A stretch of DNA of 63,913 nucleotides, counting the filler, from Folioceros fuciformis (Eukaryota), in the NCBI GenBank assembly GCA_049999805.1. It is 16 parts of 16 records of this genome, joined end to end, with 100 filler letters (N's around TTAATTAATTAA, not from the genome) between each part and the next. Parts side by side here need not be neighbours in the genome. Positions count along the whole stretch, not along the records: positions 41,432 to 52,627 come from JBNGIO010006733.1; positions 52,728 to 54,566 come from JBNGIO010006734.1; positions 54,667 to 55,767 come from JBNGIO010006735.1; positions 55,868 to 57,624 come from JBNGIO010006736.1; positions 57,725 to 58,966 come from JBNGIO010006737.1; positions 59,067 to 63,913 come from JBNGIO010006738.1; 10 more parts are not named here. One strand, 5' to 3'. Shown in pieces: positions 52,344 to 63,913 of this stretch. Both the position numbers and the translations under genes were made by a program. How positions within the stretch are numbered: the stretch's first letter is position 1; every line of letters begins with the position of its first letter. Below the pieces are notes generated by a model. It did no database searches and was not told where the DNA came from. It saw nothing but the letters and a program-made list of their open reading frames with translations.

Positions 52344-55300
52344 GCCAACCCAGATCCTCCACACAGGAACCCAGGCTATGCGTCCGGATCCATGACACCC
52401 ACAGCTCGCTCTAGACGCGGAGCCAAGTGGCAAGTACTGCCACGTCCACACCTAGAACTAGAACGTGGCATCCCTCCCATTTTCATACTTGGTTCTTCGA
52501 GCTGTGTCCAGAGAACAACGCTCGCAGCTTTTCTCCGGAATCCAGATGTCTCGCTCCCAACCGACGTGATGATGGGCAGCGGGCATGGGCAGGCGCGGGC
52601 GCGGCGAGGACCGGCAGCCCCGGCTGGNNNNNNNNNNNNNNNNNNNNNNNNNNNNNNNNNNNNNNNNNNNNTTAATTAATTAANNNNNNNNNNNNNNNNN
52701 NNNNNNNNNNNNNNNNNNNNNNNNNNNGACATGGGTGGGGGCCGAGCTCTGGGGTCGCGCCATTCTGCAAGGCAGGAGACGTGTGATCCAGACGAATCGT
52801 GACGAGTGCTTGCACCAGTCTGTGTATATCGGAAACTGGACACCACTAGGTCGTCTCCCACTTTGTGATTCGCGAAACATCAATTTACAAAGAGAGAAGA
52901 CGCCTGGACGCAGGAATCGCCACGTCTGGAGAGGAGTAGGAAGCAAAAATTCATGACTCACCTGACTGCTGTAGGTGATCCGGGGGAAGGGCCGGGCCGT
53001 CGAGCTGCAAGTGTGTCACTTTGGGACGCTGCGCGCCACCTTTTGTAGGTGATCGGGAGGTGTGTTGAGTGCCCGGTGCTTGCATTATTGAGGCGCTATG
53101 GCGGAGATAAGGTAGGCTGTTCTGGCTCCACACCCTGTGGCCCAAACCTCAATGCATGAAAAGTTGGCGCCACTCAGCAGCCTTCAGCTCAGAGAGATGT
53201 GACGACTGCCCTTTCCAGTCGGTTGACGCAATCGGCTATGCACGACCGGCCTCTCAAATCACGCGCGCAAGCGTGGCAAAATCTGCGGACCGGTGTTGGC
53301 TACTTTTTGAGCCTCCACTCTGGCAGGAGCGAAGCTTGATCGAGATCTGTTGGCTGCAGTTGAAGGAAATCACAGATTTCGCAACTTGTAGATGATCTGG
53401 ATTGATGTGCACCTTGCTTGCATGTCCTGGTCACTGCATTCGGTTTTCTGGGAGGTGTCCGTTGCCTTTTTCCAGAACAAGGAGTACTATTTTATTGTGT
53501 GGGCTCCCTCGGGTAGTCTGAGAAGAAAGCGGAAAAAAAGGGGGGCCAGGCCAAGATGGAGAGTGCTTGAGTTCTCCATTGCGAGGAACAAATTCGTTCT
53601 CTGTTATGACGTTGCTATCCCCGGGCCCCCATTCATTTACAATGTAGAGAAAGCGCATACAGAATTTGCTTTGCGTCAAGAAGAAAAGAGGGACGGAAGC
53701 AGCGAGCCGTCATTCCCTCCTTGCCCTCCACCAAACAAAGTTTTAAATTCCTTCTGCGCCAAGCAAAGACCAGGATCGATCCCATCGGTCTTGTGAAGAA
53801 AAAAAGTGTACCAAAATTCCTTCCTCTTTTGCCGGCCTAAACACAAGCCAGCAGGATCAAGGCGTACGTACGTAGCTGTTTCTGTTTGCAGCTGAAGAAA
53901 AGGAAGGTCTTTGTCAGGCCAGCTTGAATCCGCCAAACCGCTCTGTGCTGCCTTTCTCTTCCCTGCTGCGGGACTTCAGACCCGAGCCAGACAAGCCGAG
54001 CTTTTTTCAGATACGACGCACCTAGCAAGCTTAAAAAACACAAAGAAAAAGCCTGTAAAACTGGCGCAGCTTAATCCGGCCAGAATCCACCAACTGTGTG
54101 CGCGAGCACTGCAGCCCTTGGAGTAACTCGTTCTTGGAGTGACGGAGCGATTGATCCATTTGTGAGCCTCTGACAATTTTGGCTCCCTGTCATGTTTGAA
54201 AAGAGTCGAAGTCATTGAGTTGGAATCAGCAACCCATCCAAGGGCTTCGAGTTGGGAGGATGACCCCAAGAGAGTAGTATGGCAATCCTTTGTCAGGTGG
54301 CTTGTTTGTGAGGATATAAAATAAAATATTAGAAAATAAAACAAATACATGGTGAGACCACATCGAATCTATTAGCACGCACAACATTGAAAGATGGCAG
54401 TACAAGGATAGGAGCATAACAGCAGGCCAAAAGACTTCAGTGTGGCATTATCCTGGAGAACAACGACGCACTTGGGACAACAGGGCATTAAGCACAGGAG
54501 GCGGTTGGAATCGAAGGGGGCGGTTGAAATCCCGGGAAGAGAAACGGTCAGGTTTGTTCTAGGCAGNNNNNNNNNNNNNNNNNNNNNNNNNNNNNNNNNN
54601 NNNNNNNNNNTTAATTAATTAANNNNNNNNNNNNNNNNNNNNNNNNNNNNNNNNNNNNNNNNNNNNTGTCGAAAGTTTGTAAGCATGCGTCGTTTAGATA
54701 CCATACTCACCATCTTTCCTCTCTGACTACCACCTCCATCTTTCACTACTCCACCAAATTTAGGACCTACACTAGGACTTATGTCAGCTGCTCTGCCTTG
54801 GTCTTGCTATTGGTGTAGTCTAAGCAAGCCTTTGACTCCTTTAGAAGGTCAATAGTACTTATGGCACCTCTCGTAGCCACCATCCAAGCTAGGTCTCCTT
54901 TTAAGTAAACTGGGCATGGTGACATGTTCATTGGACACTTGCAGATCTTATGTCTTGTCTCGGGGGAGAGCTAGAAGATGTCGTGCAAGGCACACAGCAA
55001 ACGGGCACACTTGTGATTAGTGTGGTAGCCCTCCAGCCATGAGCATTAGCTAAACAACATAACACATACCCTAAGGACAGTAGTAAGGAGGTTAGCAGCA
55101 CGCAATATGTTGAGCACTAGGAAAATGTGGAACTCCCATTGACATGAAATCTGCTCACATGTAGGTTTCTTGAAGTCGTGGGAACGACTTGGTTGACAGG
55201 TTGCCTATGCCAGGCAGCTTGGAGTCGGGTAAGTCACACTGGGTGCCGCAACGAGACACATAAACATCAATTCTTGCAACCCTTGAGCCCAAATATGGCT

Positions 55301-56969
55301 GGAATAGCAAAAGCACTTGAGTTTCTAAGATAGCGGCAAGCACTTTCCCTTGGCGCGACTTCAATGACTAACTGCCTCCATCTCCATCTCCAGGGTTTAG
55401 CATGGTGGCCATGGCTGGCGTTGGCGATTCTAGTGTAGGGTTTGCCGCTCTGAGTCATGATCGTTTGGTTGAGCTCACAATCTTGGTGTGAGCCCACGGG
55501 CTTTAACAAGGCAGCTGCAAGCGTGCCCTGATTCATATTCTCTAGTTGTCATTTAGTGTTTACTAATTAAAGGAAATCATGTTAGTAAGTAGGTTAGTTT
55601 TATAATTAGGTTATATACTTAATTAAATACCTAGTTATATATATACACTTTCTTGTGAAATGAAACATAACCGTTTGTTTGCTTGCTTGCCCTTACGCTC
55701 TCTCGTTCCCGTGCCCGTTGTGAACCTCCAAAGTTTGGGGTAGTAGTTTGTTTTGGTTGAAAAAGGGNNNNNNNNNNNNNNNNNNNNNNNNNNNNNNNNN
55801 NNNNNNNNNNNTTAATTAATTAANNNNNNNNNNNNNNNNNNNNNNNNNNNNNNNNNNNNNNNNNNNNAGGCCCCCCGGACTCGAGACCGGGCTCGCACCC
55901 GCACCCCCAGGGGCCCCGGCTGGCCCTGCGGCCAGACGCTAACCCGCAATCACATCTCCCCTGCGCTCTCCGTCAGGGCAGCCATGCCGATCTTGCTGCC
56001 GGCCCTAGCCCGATCTTGCGCCACACCGCCGCTCCTGCCTGACCGCCTTCCGCTCCCAGATCAAGCTCCCTTCCCTTCCCGGCAATGCCAACCTCCACGA
56101 TCCGATCCCTTCCCCTCCCGTCTCCTTCTCTCCGCCTTCCTTCTCCACCACTCCGCCGCTTTTCGCCCCACGCTGCACGCAATGTGGAGAAAGCCTAGCA
56201 GAGCGCTCGGCGCGGTTCGCTGTCCAGCTTCATCTGGCAACCATAGCCGCGATCGGAAGGAGCCCGGGCGGGGCGGGGCGGGGCGGGGCCGAGCCTGTCA
56301 GCGCCGAGCAGAGACAAGCACGAAGGCGAGGAGGTCGGGGAGCAGCCGAGCGAGACGAGCCAAGCCAAGTCCGAGCGAGGCGCGCTCTCTAGAACCTGGA
56401 GGGGCAGCAGCCCTAGCGCTCTCACCTCACTCTCGGACCGGGCTCTCTCGTCCTCGACTAATACAACCAACGCTTTGTTGCTCCCCCTTCCGCACACCAG
56501 CCCCATGCCAATGCCATTTTCGACGATGCCAATGCTCAATTTGTGATGCGCTCCAGTGTCAGTCATGTCATGTGCCCAGATGGAGATCCATCTTCTCTAG
56601 CGTTTTCGCAGGCCTGCCACATCCGCCATCATGCATGCATGACATACATACAAGGTGGTAGGTTAACTCGTTTGCTGGGTTAACTTAACCATGTAGGAAC
56701 TCCCACTTACTGATCAACTCCTCCCTTCTCCTATCCTTGTATTTTGCAGCGTTCAACTTCTTTCCCCTTAGCCCCTGCCCTGCTAGCTCTTTCATGGAAT
56801 TCCACTTCGTCCATTTTGCATTTTGCAAATGGCTAGTGTATCTTCAAGTTTGCCCATAAAATATTATGATAATTAATAGTGGTCTAGAAATCACACCTTT
56901 AAGCGGTGAATCACACTCTTCTAACAAGATTACAGGAAACACAATATGAAAGATTCCATGTCAAGAGCC

Positions 56970-57220
56970 CAACGTGCTCCAATAAGTTTCTAGGGTTTCA
57001 CAACGTGCTCCAATACTTTCTAGGGTTTCACAATGTGCTCCAATAGTTTTTAGGGTTTCACAATGGTCTTCAATAGTTTATAGGGTTTCACAATGTGTTC
57101 CATTAGTTTCTAGGGTTTCACAATGTTCTTCAATAGTTTCTGGGGTTTCACAATGTTCTTCAATAGTTTCTAGAGTTTCACAACATTCTCCAATAGTTTC
57201 TAGGGTTTTACAACGTTTTC
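56970..57220 (+). repeat. 30-bp tandem repeat, about 8 copies, with a TAGGGTTT core
   Basis: Consensus approximately CAATGTKCTCCAATAGTTTCTAGGGTTTCA in register every 30 bp. Confidence 0.92.
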
Positions 57221-57724
57221 TAACGTGACTTCAACAATTGACTTGGAACCAATAGTACATATTGGTTCCAAGTCACACACATACAATCTATAGTTCTCTC
57301 CATGTTTTGATACTCATCTTTTTTTAATTCATGTTCTGATACTCATTCTTTTTTTTCAATATATATATAACTATAGCCTTTAGTTCTATCCATATTCTAA
57401 TATTCATCTCTCTTTTTTCAATATATATATAACTAATCTAAGGACTATATATATATATATATACAAGGTGGGTTTCCTCAACTAAGGCTTCTGCGCTTAA
57501 GAGGGTGGTGCTTGGTGGCCCTTCGGCCTCGGTGCTACATCGCCTTGGTCTCCATGACCGTAAGCTCTCATCATTTCTCACCCAACTTCGGACTGGGCAT
57601 ATGGCTATTGGGGCTTACTTTAGGNNNNNNNNNNNNNNNNNNNNNNNNNNNNNNNNNNNNNNNNNNNNTTAATTAATTAANNNNNNNNNNNNNNNNNNNN
57701 NNNNNNNNNNNNNNNNNNNNNNNN

Positions 57725-58327
57725 GAAGGCGTACATGTCATTCAAGTCCCCGACGCTGTCCATTCCCGTTCCATTCAGATTACCCGCCAAGTTCCCGCCA
57801 TACAGCCTCCCCGGGATGGCTCGCCCGAGCTCGAAGTGCGCGATATCCACCTCGTGACCAGCGCAGGACACGCTGTTGCAAGGCAGCTCCGAGCATCCTC
57901 CCATGGAAGAATACGTCGCGTCGTCGCCTACCCCGAACATGAGCGCCACGGATGGCCATCCATGCGCGTCCCCGACCGCGTAGGCGTACGCTCCCGTAAC
58001 CTCCACCAAGAAGTAAACCAGGCTCCCGTCGTGTGCCACCCTGATGTACACCGTGCCGTCGCCCTGCGCGTACTCCTGGCCTGCGTCCTCCGTCAGGGCC
58101 GGCAGCAAGGAGAAGGCCTGCCCGGCAACCTCGTTCCAGTCGTCCGATCTGCCGTCCACCGTCACGGTGCCTGGGAGGAAGTAGGCGTCCAGCTTCAGCC
58201 CCTCCCCGCGATTGCACGGCGCCTTCGGGCCTGAGTTGTGCGCAGCCGCGGAGAAGAGAAAGAGCAGCAACGGCAGGAGCCGGATCGTGAAGGCGCCACA
58301 CACACACCAGGCCGGACAGGTTGCCAT
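57725..58327 (-). CDS. Secreted heme-binding DOMON-like (ethylbenzene dehydrogenase-like) protein, 3'-truncated by gap
   Basis: Hydrophobic signal peptide, PGTVTVDGRSDDW, FSLLPAL, AHDG, SVALMF, MGGC...SCAGHEVDIAHF...AIPGRLYGGN, recognised as a conserved plant heme-binding family. Confidence 0.8.
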
Positions 58328-59066
58328 CCGATTGTGATGACACCTTACCAGTAATTCGGGATTCCGATCTCCTGCAGGGCTCACTGCATCTCCGATCGCC
58401 AGCATTAGAATTCCATACCTCCGACAACTACCCCACTCACTCGCTGTGGAGCGGCAACCTCAACAAAATGTCGGAGTAGTTACTTCATTCCAACTTCGCC
58501 GGATCAAGTCTCGGATTGCGTTGTAAGAACCTCGGCGCAATATTATTATCAACAACTCATGAATAAAATTTCTATATACAGATATGAAATTCTTCAATTT
58601 TCACAAGCTACCTAAATGCCGCTCCTTTACGGCATGCTGATGGAGATTCTCAGGAAAATCGTCCGGGTATTCCAAGAAATCAACGATTTTTCATATTCAA
58701 CTAATCAGTCACTAATGGGTAGGTTATGTTTTTTGAGAAATAAGATAAGAAAGAGGATAAGTATCGTTCAACTAATCTTCTTCCTTCTACTACGGAATTC
58801 AAGAAACCTAAATCAACGTACACAAACCAATGTAGAGGCGTTGAAAAAGTACAAATGGATTTGCTCTAACAACACTTAACACATTGAAAGCAATCGTGTC
58901 TAGTGACCAATTTGAAAACATTCATGTCTCAATTTGAGGACTTGATCCACTCCACCTTGATCTATANNNNNNNNNNNNNNNNNNNNNNNNNNNNNNNNNN
59001 NNNNNNNNNNTTAATTAATTAANNNNNNNNNNNNNNNNNNNNNNNNNNNNNNNNNNNNNNNNNNNN

Positions 59067-60977
59067 GGGTGCTCTGATGAGGATGCAGGGGATTCAAGGG
59101 CCTCCGACCGGGTTCAGACACCTGCTCAACGGGCATTCCAATGAGGTGGCCAGGGAGAAAGAGAAGGCCACGCGGGTTGATCTGCCGTCCATCACGCATG
59201 ACATTTCATACAGGGTGCTCCCGTTTCAGACGAGATGCAGGAAGGACTACGGTACACACTGTTCTTCCCCTGCCCAGTGCAAAGGATGCGGCAAGGTGAT
59301 CAGGTAGGTGATTGCAGCGGTGCGTGTGAGCTGGGTGTTGCAGGAGACAAGTTCTTCTATTGGTGGGGGGAGGATCTGGTGCTCATGACAACTGACGCTC
59401 AGCTGGTGAAGGCAATTCTGGTGAACAAGTTCGGGCACTATGAGAAGCCTTCACGGGTAAGACGGGCTTTCCATGCTCTGCTTGGCGACGGGCTGGTCAT
59501 GGCAGAGGGCGAGGACTGGGCATACCAGAGGAGGGTGATCAACCCTGTGTTTTATCAGGAAAAGCTTAAGGTGAGCTTCAGCGTACCTGAAATTCGGTGT
59601 CAAGTGTTGACGATGTTGGAGTTGTGTGTATGAGATGACGTTTGGCAGATGCTGCTGGTGTTGGCAGAGGATGGTTGGAACCATGACGGGCAGCACAACT
59701 GCCATGCTCAGCCGGTGGCAGCACATGATAGAGGAGGAAGGAGGCCCGATCGAGCTTCAAATGGATAAGGAAATGTACAACCTGGCCGCGGAAATCATCT
59801 CCCACACTGCATTTGGCACCAACTATGAGAGGGGGACGCACCTATTCGAAGACATCATGAAACTCGCGACAATGCTGTCCACCCGCAACGTCTACAAAGC
59901 AACCATCCCCTTCTACTCGTAAGTCCAGGCAATGTACTAGTTCTGAATCCACATGCTTTCACGACTGAAACGAACCTCGTGATCCGAGCAATTCGGTGGT
60001 CGTGCATGACATGGTGCCCCCTCCAGGTATCTGCCCACAGAGACGAACAAACAGATCTCCCAGACCACACGCCGACTGGAAACAGCCATACAGGACATCA
60101 TGGCAGAACGAAACAGGCGGGTAAAGGCCGGGGACGCTTCCATGGGCTACGATTTGCTGGGGACGGTGATGAAGGCCAGCGAGAACCTTCCCAATACAAA
60201 CAGGCAACGAGACGCAGTACGGTTCGTACTGGACCAGTGCAAGACCTTCTACTTCGCTGGCCTGGACACCACCAGCTCGGCTCTCCAATGGGTCATCCTG
60301 CTCCTGGCCCTCCATCCCGAGTGGCAGGAGAAAGCCAGGGCTGAAGTGGACGAAGTCACGCACAACCACATCCCCACCGCCGACATGCTCGCCAGCTTGA
60401 AGATCGTAATCTCCTCACCACTCTTGCGCTTTGCACCATCCTTGCTTCCCGAAACCCTAACCCTACCCATTTCTCACAATCCCATGCATGATTTGCCAAA
60501 CCGCAGGTAGGCATGGTCGTGAACGAGTCTCTCCGGCTCTACCCGCCAGCTCCAGCCGTGATAAAGCAGGCCACCAAGGACATCAAGGTGGGAAACATCT
60601 TCATCCCCAAGGGCGTCACCCTGCTCATCTCGATTGTAGACATGCACCGGGACCCGGACAAGTGGGGCCCCGATGCACTGGAGTTCAACCCCGACAGATT
60701 CCGCGACGGCATGTCCAAGGCCTGCAAAGACCCCGCATCCTACATCCCCTTCAGCCTGGGCCCGCGCAACTGCGTCGGCCAAGTGTTCGCCACCTTCGAG
60801 ATCAAGCAGGCCGTGGCCATGGTCCTCCAGCGATTTCAAATCCGCGTCTCCCCGGCCTACAGACACGCGCCTACGGAGCGGGTGTCTATCGTTCCTCAGC
60901 ACGGCTTGCCTCTCCTCGTCTCTCTCAGGCCGTCGGGTGACCTTACCAAGTGTCAGGGCGTTCCTCATCAACATTAG
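59067..60977 (+). CDS. Cytochrome P450, CYP72 clan, 5'-truncated; 5 exons
   Basis: QGIQGP, LLGDGLVMAEGEDW, IISHTAFG, CKTFYFAGLDTT, ESLRLYPP, FNPDRF, heme motif FSLGPRNCVG. Confidence 0.95.
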
Positions 60978-61746
60978 CGGTGGATTAGAGTACGAGAAAG
61001 CTGGACGCCATCTCCCAGCTCGATCCGATCCCAAGGCAGTCTCTTCCGACACGCGATTTTCCCCACCCGCAATCTGAGCGTGGTGAATTCCCCTAGGACT
61101 GTGAGTTGAGAGGAGTGAGACTACTTGACCATGGATGGATCGACAGACCCGTTGTCACCCTTCCCAGCTACATCAGCTGTCCTCAGGGTGTGCACCGACA
61201 GCAGACGTTCAGTCCAATTGCGACCGCTGAAATCGGATTGGCATCTGGAATCAGACATGGAACTAGCCGGTCCGTGCGGGCCTCATGGCTGCTAGCTACA
61301 GACAGTACCATGGTTTCTAGAAGCTTCTAAAACTGACGCGATGGCGGATCATGTGGCCTCCTTGGGTACAGATCATGCGGTCTGTGCCGCCCTTTCGGAT
61401 TTTCCAGATGGCGAAGTGGCTGTAAAGATCAGTCAAGGAGCGGGTATTACCGATGGATAAATCCTTGGAAAGCGATGTACGACCCATCCCACAGCGAAGA
61501 GGCCGCAGACGCCGGACAACGCTGGAGTTTACTGGACTTGCTGTCATGTAATGAGCCAGATGTCCGACTCCTTCTGAGCCAGGTACTCCGCAGTCAGGGT
61601 TGGTGTATGGTACTGAGATTGTGACATGACTTGCACTGGCAGGAGGATGTGTGGCTTACAAGAAGGGGGTGTGGAGTCAGATCACCTGGAACCGGTGGGA
61701 GCAGCGGGCATTTCAGTTCCATACAGAGAGTGCGAGGATAGAAACT

Positions 61747-63730
61747 ATGGCGGCTCTACTACTTGCTCTGATCATCTTACTGGTCGTGTTCAGGTTTGTG
61801 AAACAGAAGTGGTGGGACAGATGGAGGATTGCTGCGCTGATGAGGAGGCAGGGGATCCAGGGGCCTCCCATCAAGCTGGAGAATCTGCTCAGTGGGCACT
61901 CCAAGGAGATGAGTGAGAGACTGGACTTGGCCCGTCTCGTGGACATGCCCTCCATTTCTCATGACATTTCATCCAGAGTCCTGCCTTTCCATTCACATTA
62001 CAGCAAAATATACGGTACTGGTTTGCACGAAGCACTGTTGTCTTGGGAGCAGAGCGCTTTGGTTTTGTGGGTTGGGTTGGGTTGGGTTGCCGGATGGTGC
62101 AATTTGAGGTGTGTTTGTTACTCGTTGCAGGGAACTGCTTTTTGTACTGGTGGGGAGAGGATGCTACCATCAGTATAAAGGACGTTGAGATCGTGAAGGA
62201 GGCACTGGTGAACAAGTTCGGGCATTACAGCAGATCCGAACAGCAAAGGAGAAGTCTCCAAGCCTTGCTTGGGGAAGGGTTGGTCATGGCAGTGGGAGAG
62301 GACTGGGCTCATCAGAGAAGACTCATCAACCCCGCATTTCGTCAGCAGAAACTGAAGGTGAGATCCCTTTCCTGAAGAGAGCGGGAGCTGTGAGAAATGA
62401 CGGCTGCTTGGCTGAGCTCGGACTGTTGGATGACAGGCCATGCTGGGAACCATGACAACCAGCACAGCTGCCATGCTCAGCCGATGGGGGCAGCAGGTGC
62501 AGGAGGCAGGAGGTGAACTGGAGATGCAGATGGAGAGGGAAATGAGCAACCTTGCTGCAGACATAATCTCTCGGACAGCATTTGGAAGTAGCTACGAAGA
62601 GGGCGAGAACATTTTCGACGACATGAGGAAACTGTCACAGCTGATGACGAAAAGCCCCTACTACACCACGATCCCCTTCTATTCGTGAGTCAGCAGTGAA
62701 ATCTAGGCGTCTGAGATCCTTGACCACCAGCAGCCCAACTGTGACTTACAAAAGCGTACGTCCCGATGCTGCTGCAGATCTGACGTTGCCGTCTCTGTGG
62801 CGTGTCCCTCCCAGGTACTTCCCCACCAAGTGGAACAAACAGATGGCTCAAACCACGGCAAGGCTGGAGAAGGCCATAGAAAAAATCACACAAGAACGGT
62901 ACAGACTCGCCGAGTCCGGCGAGGCATCCGACCTAGGGAACGATCTCCTCGGAATGGTGATGCACGCAAGCGAGAAGATCCCCAAGACCAACGTGTCCCG
63001 CAATGCTCTTCGATTCGTGCTCGACGAGTGCAAGACATTCTACTTCGCAGGCCTGGACACCACGAGCACCACCCTCCAGTGGGCCTTACTCCTCCTGGCT
63101 CTCCACCCCGAGTGGCAAGAGAAAGCTCGGGCTGAAACGGACGACGTCACCCAGCACAAGGTCCCCACAGCCGAGATGCTTCAAGGACTGAGAACCGTAA
63201 GTCCCTTCCATCCTTGCCTCGGGCTTCCACATTCTCTTCCATTCCAGTCCAGTAACGTCCCATTCAAGCTCCATCCATCTCACTCCCACCAACTGCTGCA
63301 GGTGAGTATGATTCTCTACGAAACTCTCCGGCTCTACCCACCAGCCCCAGCCCTCCAGAGGCAGGCGTCCAAGGACATCCAGGTGGGCAACCTCATTATC
63401 CCGAAACGCACCTGCCTCCACCTCTCGATACTGGACATCCACCGCGACCCGGAACTGTGGGGGCCCGACGCACTGGAGTTCAACCCAGACCGCTTCCGGG
63501 ACGGCATTCCCAGGGCTTGCAAACACCCGGCTGCGTTTCTCCCCTTCGGCCTGGGCCCGCGCACCTGCATCGGCCAGACCTTCGCCACTTTGGAGATGAA
63601 GCAGACTTTGACCATGATCCTGCAGCGATTCCAGCTCCGTCTGTCCAAGTCATACCGACACGCTCCTCACACCATGCTGACAACCAAACCACAGCATGGG
63701 CTGCCTCTCGTCGTTGCCCCACGATCCTGA
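61747..63730 (+). CDS. Cytochrome P450, CYP72 clan, tandem paralog; exons about 61747-62014, 62131-62357, 62437-62684, 62815-63196, 63302-63730
   Basis: N-terminal membrane anchor, QGIQGPP, IISRTAFGSSY, ECKTFYFAGLDTT, ETLRLYPP, PDRF, FGLGPRTCIG. Confidence 0.96.
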
Positions 63731-63779
63731 TTCACGTCTCAGGTCCCGTGGCATGGCATGCCCCAGTCTTTTCAGGGCA

Positions 63780-63913
63780 GATGTATCATCCTTTCCTCCC
63801 CCTCTGTGCTGTTAGCAATGTATCATCCTTTCCTCCCCCTCTGTGCTGTCAACAATGCATCATCCTTCCCCTCCCCCTCTGTGCTGTTAGCAATGTATCA
63901 TCGTTCCCTCCCT
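63780..63913 (+). repeat. About 37-bp tandem repeat (AATGTATCATCCTTTCCTCCCCTCTGTGCTGTTAGC), at least 3.5 copies, runs off the window
   Basis: Directly visible tandem units starting 50 bp after the P450 stop. Confidence 0.9.

Noticed and set aside
52728-56661. ORFs in three short contigs, including the 225-aa ORF at 55984
   Set aside because: No family signatures; the long ORF is a GC-rich low-complexity frame. No tRNA, rRNA or miRNA recognised.
56970-57220. 30-bp array as CRISPR or a true telomere
   Set aside because: No spacers, and the TAGGGTTT cores are embedded in longer units rather than tandem TTTAGGG.

Overview
Gene-dense land-plant nuclear DNA with short GT-AG introns, most likely a hornwort (inferred from a PLS-class PPR ending in a DYW:KP-type domain with HAE and a C-terminal DRH). 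The window is a chain of about 16 contigs joined by 100-bp N/TTAATTAATTAA spacers, so adjacency is only trustworthy within a contig. It holds two degenerate Ty1/copia pieces. Recognisable genes: U-box/ARM E3 ligase, C2-domain Pro-rich protein, DONSON, NDUFA8, YbhB/YbcL-type PEBP, ZHOUPI-like bHLH, PR-1, Borealin-related, NdhU/CRRL, IGPD, a PPR-DYW:KP editing factor, gamma-tubulin, RRP9/U3-55K, an SDH2 pseudogene, a heme-binding DOMON-like protein and two tandem CYP72-clan P450s. The most striking item, invisible as a single ORF, is an intact 14-exon nuclear gene for a cyanobacterial-type LptF/LptG (YjgP/YjgQ, Ycf84-like) permease with a transit-peptide-like leader, hinting at a retained plastid Lpt-type lipid export system. 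All calls come from manual reading and motif recognition; no searches were run.
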